Assembly: GCA_902800355.1 (NCBI GenBank)
Contig: CADCEE010000001.1
Location: 24,625-88,624 of the forward strand
Source: an uncultured Erysipelotrichaceae bacterium
GTDB taxonomy: Bacteria; Bacillota_I; Bacilli_A; RFN20; CAG-826
Length of the DNA: 64,000 nucleotides
Direction of reading: 5' to 3'
Under the pieces are notes generated by a model. That model was given only the letters and a program-made list of their open reading frames with translations. It did no database searches and was not told where the DNA came from. Both the position numbers and the translations under genes were made by a program. Below are positions 49,401-57,360 of this stretch, piece after piece. The stretch's first letter is position 1. The number at the start of each line of letters is the position of its first letter.

Positions 49401-49700
49401 AAGACTAGGTAAGACAATCAGGTCCTTGAATTGAGTGGGGACCTCTGGAAATTAAAAGCTTCCAGTTAAATGATTGCACTAGCAAAGGGTTAGAAGAGAT
49501 TCTAATCATCGGTACGTTCCTCCCTGATGGCAACATCACTGGTCTCCGCGTTAAAGTTTGACGGAGTAAACCCAGCACCGGACATGACAAAGAGGAAAAC
49601 AGCCTTGAAGTTAATAACTAAAGGAAGCTGGCCATCGATACGCTATTCAATTCAAAACGTATCAAAATCAAGAAGCACCACCAGCCAAAAGGAACTTAAC
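49401..49700 (+). repeat. Module 3 of the tandem RNA repeat (most diverged)
   Basis: Anchors are aagactagg...acaatca, aaattaaaag, aaatgattgc, cctccc, a hairpin ctccg/cggag in place of gctg/cagc, caccggacatgacaaagagg and tcaattcaaa. Confidence 0.65.
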
Positions 49701-49745
49701 TTGGATGTTGTGACAGGGTGAAAATCCCTGCACAATATAACGGTT

Positions 49746-49773
49746 AGCGGAAAAGAGAAAATCCGCTTTTTTT
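49746..49773 (+). terminator. Rho-independent terminator at the end of the giant RNA
   Basis: Stem agcgga/tccgct with a 10-nt loop, followed by a 7-T run. Confidence 0.75.
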
Positions 49774-49810
49774 CTGCCCTTTTTGTTTAGCAGTCTTCAA
49801 CACAAAGTGC

Positions 49811-49841
49811 TTGCTTCTCTCTCTCTCTCTATTCTTATAAT
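49811..49841 (+). promoter_or_regulatory. Putative promoter TTGCTT-19 nt-TATAAT whose spacer is mostly a (CT)7 dinucleotide tract
   Basis: TTGCTT 49811-49816, (CT)7 49817-49830, TATAAT 49836-41. An RBS (aagaggag) and the ATG at 49872 follow. Confidence 0.5.
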
Positions 49842-49871
49842 TAAAACAATTATAAAGAGGAGAGATTTTTT

Positions 49872-51326
49872 ATGAATAAAAAGAAAACTCTATTATTACT
49901 AACCACAATTGCGACATCTTTAGCGGTTGGCACTATCGCATTGATGCCTCATAATGAAGAAACATCCTCCTTGATGTTAAACTCTGCAAAAAGAGGTGTG
50001 ACGAATTCATTAACCATTAGTAATAATTTATATTTACTTAGTAGCACGTATAAAACATATCGTGTTGTTACTTCTAATGGTAACTACGTGAAATTGTGTG
50101 TTCGTGGCGAATATAGCACGTTTGCACAAAATAGCAAAATTAGATTAACTGGTACTGGATATATTAACGTTGAAAAAGAAGACAGTACTTATCATGCGAT
50201 TACCGGTATTGAATCAATCACTGTTAATTATGTAAGATGTCCTGATTATATCAGCGCTCCTAGTGTGACTGAGGCTGGGCAAGCAGGAGATTTATCTATT
50301 CAATGGGGATATGTTGATTCTTCGGGGAATTTATTATATGAAAGCGCTAGAAGTGTCTCTCCTAGCGAAGCTCTTGATTTAAGCGATGTCTCCCCTAGAT
50401 ATTTCAAGCTCAACAAGGTGTGGAACGCCACTAATAGTGCAATTCTTATTCAATCCATCACTATTAACTACACCTGTAGTGAATCTATTGATGATAAATC
50501 AATCCTAGACTCTAAATTTGATTCTGTTTACGCTACTGATCCAGTCAAAAATGGTAATATTTGGACTTATGGATATTATCCACAAACACTTGTTGATCCA
50601 GATTCAGAAGTTGGATATAAACTATATAGCTTATATGATGAGTCTTGGACTAAATTAACTAATGGATATTACTTTGTAAATAATAAAGCATACGCTAGAG
50701 TGCAAGCCAAGAGTACTGGATATAACAACGAATATGTCATTGATGATTATTATTGGTTTGAAGTAGAACCAGTAACATGGAAATTCTTAGATTATAAGTA
50801 CAATAAGAGCACACTTAAAAAGTTATGTAATGTAGTCGTTTCTGAAAAGGTTTTAGGCACATCAGTATTTGATGTAGCAGGTAACAATCCAACCAGCTAT
50901 ACAGTTAGCACAGCACTTGGACAATTTATGAATGAACTATATAACAAGATGTTACCGGCTAGCAAAAGCACCAGAATATACAATTACGAATTAAGTGGTG
51001 GACCAGAAAACTATAGTCCATATACTGGAATGTTCCCATTAACATATACAACCTTATATGATTCTGATAGTAAGTGGGGCTTACATAATCAAACCGACAG
51101 AATTGCTTATTCCACTGACTATGCTAGAAGTCAAGAATATGATTTCCTTTCAAGCGGTTACGCTGAAAGCGATGGCAAAATTTCTATGCATTATTGGTCA
51201 AGAAGCTTTAATAGCGGAAAGCCATGGCACGTTAGAGCAGACGGAGGATGCTATACAACCATAGTTGAATATTCTAACTATATTGGTGTTAGACCAGCCT
51301 GTAGAATAGTGGAATCAGGTTACTAA
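49872..51326 (+). CDS. Secreted or anchored protein with a DUF6273-like C-terminal region
   Basis: N-terminal signal/anchor MNKKKTLLLLTTIATSLAVGTIAL. The C-terminus has HYWSRS...GVRPACRI, which resembles the WLRS...GVRPA signature as I recall it. Confidence 0.6.
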   Translation: MNKKKTLLLLTTIATSLAVGTIALMPHNEETSSLMLNSAKRGVTNSLTISNNLYLLSSTYKTYRVVTSNGNYVKLCVRGEYSTFAQNSKIRLTGTGYINVEKEDSTYHAITGIESITVNYVRCPDYISAPSVTEAGQAGDLSIQWGYVDSSGNLLYESARSVSPSEALDLSDVSPRYFKLNKVWNATNSAILIQSITINYTCSESIDDKSILDSKFDSVYATDPVKNGNIWTYGYYPQTLVDPDSEVGYKLYSLYDESWTKLTNGYYFVNNKAYARVQAKSTGYNNEYVIDDYYWFEVEPVTWKFLDYKYNKSTLKKLCNVVVSEKVLGTSVFDVAGNNPTSYTVSTALGQFMNELYNKMLPASKSTRIYNYELSGGPENYSPYTGMFPLTYTTLYDSDSKWGLHNQTDRIAYSTDYARSQEYDFLSSGYAESDGKISMHYWSRSFNSGKPWHVRADGGCYTTIVEYSNYIGVRPACRIVESGY

Positions 51327-51336
51327 TAAAACGACA

Positions 51337-51368
51337 AACACTGGTGGAGTGATTCGCTGGTGTTTTTC
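51337..51368 (+). terminator. Rho-independent terminator
   Basis: Stem aacactgg/ctggtgtt (with G-U pairs) followed by ttttt. Confidence 0.6.
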
Positions 51369-51427
51369 TTTTGCTTCTTAATTTGACTTTGTAACATTTG
51401 CTATAATGTCTCTAAGAGGATTCATGT

Positions 51428-51940
51428 ATGTTAAATGTTATAAAAACTAGAAGAGCGTGCCGCTCATTCTCTAATAGAGAAGTAGAAGATAATAAGATCA
51501 AAGAGATTGTGGAGGCTGGTTTACTCGCTCCTAGTGGAATGAATAGACAAACTCCAATTATTATCGTCATTAAAGATAAAAAAACTAGAGATGACTTAAT
51601 GAAACTCAATAGTAAGATTATGGGTCGAGAAATGGATACTTTTTATGGAGCGCCTGTAATTTTACTAGTAGCCGCTCATAAAGATGGCTTATCGATTCAT
51701 GACGGGGCCGCTACAATTGAAAATATGTTACTTGAGGCTACTAACCAAGGCTTAGCGTCTTGTTGGATCCATCGAGCAAAAGAAGAATTAGAATTAGAAG
51801 AAGGCAGAAAGATATTATCTTTCACTGGTTTAAATTTTGATGATTATATCGGAATTGGCCACGTGATCATTGGCTATCCAACTGAAGGTTATAAACCGGC
51901 ACCAAAAGTCATTAAAGAAGGAAGAGTTTTTGTGAAATAA
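51428..51940 (+). CDS. Nitroreductase-family flavoprotein
   Basis: 170 aa. TRRACRSF N-terminal motif, APSGMNRQ and the overall NfsB/FRase fold pattern. Confidence 0.8.
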   Translation: MLNVIKTRRACRSFSNREVEDNKIKEIVEAGLLAPSGMNRQTPIIIVIKDKKTRDDLMKLNSKIMGREMDTFYGAPVILLVAAHKDGLSIHDGAATIENMLLEATNQGLASCWIHRAKEELELEEGRKILSFTGLNFDDYIGIGHVIIGYPTEGYKPAPKVIKEGRVFVK

Positions 51941-52102
51941 AAGCTGATTATTATCAGCTTGTTCATAGCTTGCTTAAGTCCTAAAATGGATGAAATTTTT
52001 TAGTTTCATCAAACAAATATTGATGCTAAATCAATTATTGTTTGTTATATAGAGTGTATTATACATATAATAATAGGTGAAATATTTATTTCAAAAATAG
52101 TT

Positions 52103-55100
52103 ATGAAAAGTAAACATTTGCGATTCTTAGCTTTGCCTATCGTTTCACTATTACTATTTGGATGTACAACTTCTCCTAAAAAAGAGGATATTTTTGATGG
52201 CACCGATACACCAGTTGTTGAGCATCAACATACTTTTAGTGACTCATGGTCTTTTAATAATCAAACCCACTGGCACGCTTCTACATGTGAACACAGTGGA
52301 ATAAGAAAAGATGAGGAACTCCATGATTTTGATGTAGTGGAGACTCCTGCTACTTTTGAAAAAGAAGGCAAGTTGGTTTATACATGTAAAGTTTGTTACT
52401 ATTCTGAAACTAAGATTACTCCAGTGCTCACACATAACTATTCTTCTTCCTGGGAAAGCGATCGTACTAGTCATTGGCACACTTGCTCTGATAAAGGATA
52501 TGAAAGCGTCCGCAAAGATTTAGAGGATCATTCTTTTGTTGAAACAATTACAAAACCTACATTTGAACTAGACGGATTAAAAGAATATACTTGCTCTATT
52601 TGTGGCTATTCTTATTCAATAAGCATCCCAAAACTCACACACTCATATTCAAGTGATTGGGATTACGATGAACATGGTCATTGGCATCACTGTATCGATG
52701 AAGGATACACCGATGATGTAGTTGACTACGCTATTCACGATTATGAAATAGAAACTGTGTCTCCTACTTATGAAGAAGCAGGCCGCACAATTTATACTTG
52801 TAAGGAATGTGAATATTCTTATTATGTTGAAATTAATCCAATCGACCACAATTATTCTGACAAATACGCTAGTGATGATGAAGGTCATTGGCATCCATGT
52901 ATCGATAAAGGTTACGAAGATTTAAAGGGTGATTATGAAAAACATACCTTCTCTTCTGAGGTAGTGGATCCAACTTACACTTCTGAAGGATTCACTGTTC
53001 ATACTTGTGAAGAATGTGGTTTTAAATATACCGATGAAAAAGTAGATAAACTAGAACATCATTACTTTGATAAATGGGAAAATGATGCATGGGGTCATTG
53101 GCACATTTGTAGTGATGAAGGATATGATGATTTAAAAATTGGCTATTCCTCGCATAATTATGATTCAGAAATTGCAGTACAACCAACAATGTTTGAAGCT
53201 GGCGTTGAAAAATTTACTTGTGAAGAATGTGGTTTCACATACACAAAGAAAGTTCCATCATTTTATGAGCAATGTATCAATAGCTGCGATTATAGATTGG
53301 TTGATAACTCGTACTATCGTTTGTTTAAAGTGCCAGAAAACATCAGCGTTGTTTATGTCCCTGATGAATATAATGGATTGCCGGTTAGACAATTAGATTC
53401 TCACTGTTTACATTCTAATGTTACCGAATTGCATTTAGGAAGGAATGTGACTTCTGTACAATATTATGAGTTATATTGGTACGCTCCTAATATCGAAGTA
53501 TTGGAATTAAATGATTATTTTACTTATGTTCCATTCTATTTTTATAACTTGTCTAAACTCCGAGAAATCTATTTTGGTAATTGTGAGGAAATTAGCTTTT
53601 ATCAATTTTCGCAACTATCGACTTTTAAAACGATAAGAGTTAGCAAAGATAATTCTCGTTTTACTGAATCTGATGGTGCTATTTATGACAAAGGGATGAC
53701 AACATTATATTTCTGTCCGCGAGACAAAGAAGGGACTTTTGTTTTGCCAGATTCAGTCACTAATATTTATGAATATGCATTTGCGTATTCTGGTATTACA
53801 TCAATTGATTTATCTTCAGTAAATACTATTTCAAATTACGCATTTGCGTATTCGGGTATTACATCAATTGATTTATCTTCAGTAACTTACATTAACAATT
53901 ATGCATTTTATCATTGTGAAGAATTGAACTCTGTTATTCTTCCAACAAACTCTAATTACGCCCTTCACTATCATTCATTTGAATATTGCTCAAATTTAGA
54001 AGAGATAACACTCAGTGCTAATCCGTATTCATCTTCTGATGAGGTGTTTTATGAATGCGAAAGCATTTCCAAACTCAATATCGGTAAAAATGTAACTTAC
54101 TTTCCGTCTTCTCTTTTCAAGAATGCATGTATCACAGAAGTCACTATTGAAGACGAAAATAATGCTTTATGTGTTAAAGATGGCTTTTTATTAGACTCTT
54201 CCCAATTCGAATTATATATGTGTATAGACAAAAACGCTTCCAATATTATAGTTCCTGATTCAGTTCAAGTTATTAATTCATTTGCATTTGCTAATTGTTC
54301 TATGGAATCTATTGATTTAAATAATACTGATAATTCTAATGAAGGTTGTTTTTATAATTGTGTCAATCTTAAAGAAGTTGACTTATCTAAAGATTGCAAT
54401 AGTGCCTATTATCGTATGTTTTACAATTGCCAGTCTTTAAAAAGAATAATTTTATCAGAGAATATTAGGCGTCTTGATAACCAATGTTTCTACAATTGTT
54501 TTGCTCTAGAAGAAATTGTTGGATTAGATCGATGTACTGCTATTAATAAAGGATGCTTTGAAAATTGTAATCAAATGATTCATTCTTATGGGAACATCAA
54601 ATATGTTGGTAATCCGGATAACCCATATTGTGTTGCCCTAGGACCAGATAGTGATTATTTTGAATCAGATATTATTGAATTTGTGGATGATTGTGAAATA
54701 GTTGCTTCCGAAGCTTTTAGCTATCTTCTTACTAATTACATTATTGGTAACAACGGTTACACAGTTAAATTAAATAACGTTAAGTCATTAAGCAATTATT
54801 GTTTTAGAGGAACATCAATTATCAATATTGATTTTGGAACATCATTATCATATATAGGCAGTTATGCTTTTTCCTACACTCAGATATCCTCATTAGTCTT
54901 ACCTGATACACTTACTACTATTGAATATTGTGCGTTTAGCAATTGCACGAATTTAGCTTCGATTTTTATTCCAAAATCTGTAACTTATATCAATGAAATC
55001 ACCTTCAATTATGACTATAACATTACTAGCATTGTAGTTGAAGAAGGCAGTCAATATTTTGAAGTGTATAAAAATGCTTTATATTCAATAAACTCAAAAC

Positions 55101-55366
55101 AATTAATATTTGATTTTTCTTTCTCAGATACTTTGATTGTCAAAAAAGATACTGTCTACGTTAACTGGTATTTTTTGGATGGCAGAGATTCTTATGTAAC
55201 ACCAATAGCGACTATTTTTTATGAGCATACCGAAGAGGAATATTATCAATGTGGTTTTTCAAATTCGAATTCATATTTAATAAGCAATGCGAAAAGATAT
55301 TTCTATTCTGAAACCCCTCAAGTCGATTGTTGGCATTATGTTGAAGGAGTACCGACATTATGGTAA
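52103..55366 (+). CDS. Large surface lipoprotein with five N-terminal Cys/His-rich ~69-aa repeats followed by BspA-type leucine-rich repeats
   Basis: Lipobox LLLFGC. There are five copies of H.Y...W..D...HWH.C.D.GY...(10)...H.F...(9)..PT...G...YTC..CGY.Y. The C-terminal 700 aa have repeated I.IP..V..I...AF..C..L..I units. Confidence 0.75.
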   Translation: MKSKHLRFLALPIVSLLLFGCTTSPKKEDIFDGTDTPVVEHQHTFSDSWSFNNQTHWHASTCEHSGIRKDEELHDFDVVETPATFEKEGKLVYTCKVCYYSETKITPVLTHNYSSSWESDRTSHWHTCSDKGYESVRKDLEDHSFVETITKPTFELDGLKEYTCSICGYSYSISIPKLTHSYSSDWDYDEHGHWHHCIDEGYTDDVVDYAIHDYEIETVSPTYEEAGRTIYTCKECEYSYYVEINPIDHNYSDKYASDDEGHWHPCIDKGYEDLKGDYEKHTFSSEVVDPTYTSEGFTVHTCEECGFKYTDEKVDKLEHHYFDKWENDAWGHWHICSDEGYDDLKIGYSSHNYDSEIAVQPTMFEAGVEKFTCEECGFTYTKKVPSFYEQCINSCDYRLVDNSYYRLFKVPENISVVYVPDEYNGLPVRQLDSHCLHSNVTELHLGRNVTSVQYYELYWYAPNIEVLELNDYFTYVPFYFYNLSKLREIYFGNCEEISFYQFSQLSTFKTIRVSKDNSRFTESDGAIYDKGMTTLYFCPRDKEGTFVLPDSVTNIYEYAFAYSGITSIDLSSVNTISNYAFAYSGITSIDLSSVTYINNYAFYHCEELNSVILPTNSNYALHYHSFEYCSNLEEITLSANPYSSSDEVFYECESISKLNIGKNVTYFPSSLFKNACITEVTIEDENNALCVKDGFLLDSSQFELYMCIDKNASNIIVPDSVQVINSFAFANCSMESIDLNNTDNSNEGCFYNCVNLKEVDLSKDCNSAYYRMFYNCQSLKRIILSENIRRLDNQCFYNCFALEEIVGLDRCTAINKGCFENCNQMIHSYGNIKYVGNPDNPYCVALGPDSDYFESDIIEFVDDCEIVASEAFSYLLTNYIIGNNGYTVKLNNVKSLSNYCFRGTSIINIDFGTSLSYIGSYAFSYTQISSLVLPDTLTTIEYCAFSNCTNLASIFIPKSVTYINEITFNYDYNITSIVVEEGSQYFEVYKNALYSINSKQLIFDFSFSDTLIVKKDTVYVNWYFLDGRDSYVTPIATIFYEHTEEEYYQCGFSNSNSYLISNAKRYFYSETPQVDCWHYVEGVPTLW

Positions 55367-57357
55367 TAAAAAAATTATTCTTATCAGTCGTTATTACTTC
55401 TTTATTATCAGTAGCGGCGTGTGGAGTGATCAATAATGATCCAGGAATTCACATCCCTGATATTCCTGGTGATCCTGACCCTATAGATCCTATCGACCCA
55501 ATTGATCCTATCGACCCAATTGATCCAATTGATCCAATTGACCCAATTGAAGAAGAAAATCATATTGAAGTTACTGACCTCGCTAATAGTTACTATTTAG
55601 GTGAAACTTTTGATGATGTTTATCGTTTAAAAGTGAAGTTATTTTATAACGGAGCAGAAAAAGATATTTCCTATCGCCATACATATTTTAATTTCGTGAT
55701 TAAAGATAGTGATGGAAATATCATTGATCACACCACTCCATTTGAAAAAGCTGGTGACTACACTTTACAAATCAAATTAACTCAGGACGAAACAATTGTC
55801 TCAAATATTGTTAACTTCAAAGTGGAAGAAGCTCCAAGCAAAACTTTAACAAAGAAATCAGAAATCCCAGATGGATTTACTTATCATGACTTTGAGAATT
55901 CTTGCTTGAGTAATTTATCTCTTCCAACCAAAGGTAATATTAATGTTTTAGTCATTCCAGTAGAAATCACCGACTATCCATTTGCTAGTGCGGGATATGG
56001 AAATGACTATGTTAGCGCAATTACTAGAGCCTTTAAAGGAGATGGAGCGAAAGATACAGGTTATTGGGAATCAATTTCTTCTTATTATAGGAAAGCATCG
56101 AACGGCCAACTTAATTTGAATTTTGATATCGCCGATGTGTATGAATCTAACGAAAGTTCTAGTTTCTTTATAAGCAATGGAGATTATGCTTCTGCAATTA
56201 TTGGAAATCGTGCGATTGAAAACTTTAAACAGAAAAATGGTGTTACCTCCACTAGAAAATATGACAATGACAATGATGGTTATATTGATGCTGTGTGGAT
56301 GGTTTATAGTGCACCTGATTATTCAACCGGCGCTTATGGAGGAGAAGTTAGTGTCTTCTGGGCGTTCTGCTGGCATGATTATAGTTCAGAACCAAATTTT
56401 AATTCCCCAAATATGCATGGCTTTGCCTGGGCAAGTATTGATTTCCTTTTAGTAGGTTCTGATGCCCCTAATGTTGACGCTCATACATTTATTCATGAAA
56501 CTGGCCACTTATTATCCTTACCAGATTATTATTCCTACGATAATAGTTTTGGCCCACAAGGTGGCTTAGCGATGATGGATTTAAATATTGGTGATCAAGA
56601 TGCATTTAGCAAAATGGCATTTGGATGGTATGACCCATATGTGGTAACTGAAGACTGTATTGTCACACTTAAACCAAACGAATCTTCAGGAGATTGTATT
56701 ATTCTTGCTAATTCTTGGAACGGAACCGCGTTTGATGAATATCTATTACTTGATCTACAAACTCCAACTGGACTTAATGAATTGGATTCATCGACTTCTT
56801 ATAACTTTAGACCAACTTATTTCTCTGAGCCTGGTATTAGAATGTATCATATTGACGCTAGATTAGGAGAATTCAAATATTTCACTAGTGCAGAAAATAA
56901 TGGCGTTAGTGGAACTGATATAGTTATGAATGAAGATACTGATAGTTATTATCTAAGCGATGAGTCAGTAAGAAATATTCTTTCTGAAGGAGAAGTTGGA
57001 AAAATATCTCAAGATATTTCAATTCCATTATCAAGGAGACATTCTGGATATACAGTTTTAAACGCTAATTCTTCAAGCCGTGCTCTAGTTAGTTCTGAAC
57101 CATACAATATGAATAGATTAATCACTTTAATCGGTGCTGATAATAAGAGCCCAGAATTAGATTCTTGTTATTCCTCTAATAATTCGCTATTTAAAAAAGG
57201 TGATTCTTGGACAGTTAATGGAAAAACTTTACGTTTCTTCTCTGGGGTTAATGGAGTCTTTAATAACGATGATGATTTTAGCTATGCATTCACTGTTTTA
57301 GAGTGTTCTACTAGTGAAGCGAAGCTTTTAATTAAAAAGGTAAAAACAGCGAGTTAA
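55360..57357 (+). CDS. Lipoprotein zinc metalloprotease (M6/immune-inhibitor-A-like) with a (Pro-Ile-Asp)n linker
   Basis: Lipobox LLSVAACG, a run of about eight PID tripeptide units, and a FIHETGHLLSLPDYY zincin motif of the HExxHxxGxPD type. Confidence 0.7.
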   Translation: MVIKKLFLSVVITSLLSVAACGVINNDPGIHIPDIPGDPDPIDPIDPIDPIDPIDPIDPIDPIEEENHIEVTDLANSYYLGETFDDVYRLKVKLFYNGAEKDISYRHTYFNFVIKDSDGNIIDHTTPFEKAGDYTLQIKLTQDETIVSNIVNFKVEEAPSKTLTKKSEIPDGFTYHDFENSCLSNLSLPTKGNINVLVIPVEITDYPFASAGYGNDYVSAITRAFKGDGAKDTGYWESISSYYRKASNGQLNLNFDIADVYESNESSSFFISNGDYASAIIGNRAIENFKQKNGVTSTRKYDNDNDGYIDAVWMVYSAPDYSTGAYGGEVSVFWAFCWHDYSSEPNFNSPNMHGFAWASIDFLLVGSDAPNVDAHTFIHETGHLLSLPDYYSYDNSFGPQGGLAMMDLNIGDQDAFSKMAFGWYDPYVVTEDCIVTLKPNESSGDCIILANSWNGTAFDEYLLLDLQTPTGLNELDSSTSYNFRPTYFSEPGIRMYHIDARLGEFKYFTSAENNGVSGTDIVMNEDTDSYYLSDESVRNILSEGEVGKISQDISIPLSRRHSGYTVLNANSSSRALVSSEPYNMNRLITLIGADNKSPELDSCYSSNNSLFKKGDSWTVNGKTLRFFSGVNGVFNNDDDFSYAFTVLECSTSEAKLLIKKVKTAS

Positions 57358-57360
57358 TTT

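Larger units (their letters stand above)
48705..49773 (+). ncRNA. Candidate giant (about 1.07 kb) structured ncRNA built from three tandem diverged modules; family unknown
   Basis: No credible ORF. It is much less AT-rich than the flanking spacer. Three ~310-nt modules share conserved single-stranded blocks and at least six hairpins whose stems differ in sequence but stay complementary. G-U pairs occur only when the + strand is read. The 5' and 3' ends can pair (48709-48716 with 49701-49708). An intrinsic terminator lies at 49746-49773. Confidence 0.7.

Noticed and set aside
48800-49600. T-box leaders or tandem riboswitches as the identity of the three modules
   Set aside because: - There is no T-box sequence (AAnnnGGGUGGnACCGCG), no specifier-loop/AG-bulge arrangement, and no per-module terminator/antiterminator.
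- None of the riboswitch cores I know is present.
- The only terminator is at the very end of the locus.
48768-49700. Could the three repeats be a CRISPR array, a minisatellite or an IS remnant?
   Set aside because: - The period is about 310 nt with only partial identity.
- There are no short direct repeats with unique spacers, no cas genes, no transposase and no terminal inverted repeats.
- The substitutions are concentrated in paired positions and are compensatory, which fits RNA structure and not neutral repeat DNA.
49405-49721. Track ORFs 49405-49590 (-) and 49527-49721 (+), 61 and 64 aa
   Set aside because: - They overlap each other on opposite strands inside the repeat modules.
- They have no RBS.
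- The conserved blocks of the other two modules carry stops in the corresponding frames.
- I treat them as chance ORFs in GC-richer RNA sequence.
49714-49735. agggtgaaaatccctgcac resembles the GGUGAAAAUCC segment of cobalamin riboswitches
   Set aside because: - It is an isolated 6-bp hairpin (caggg/ccctg).
- The remainder of the B12 core, including the B12 box, is absent.
48288-51368. The terminators at 48288-48314 and 51337-51368 share ACTGGTGGAG. Could they be direct repeats bounding an inserted module?
   Set aside because: - Only about 10 nt are identical and both are ordinary terminator stems.
- There is no integrase and no target-site duplication signature.
- This is insufficient to call an insertion.
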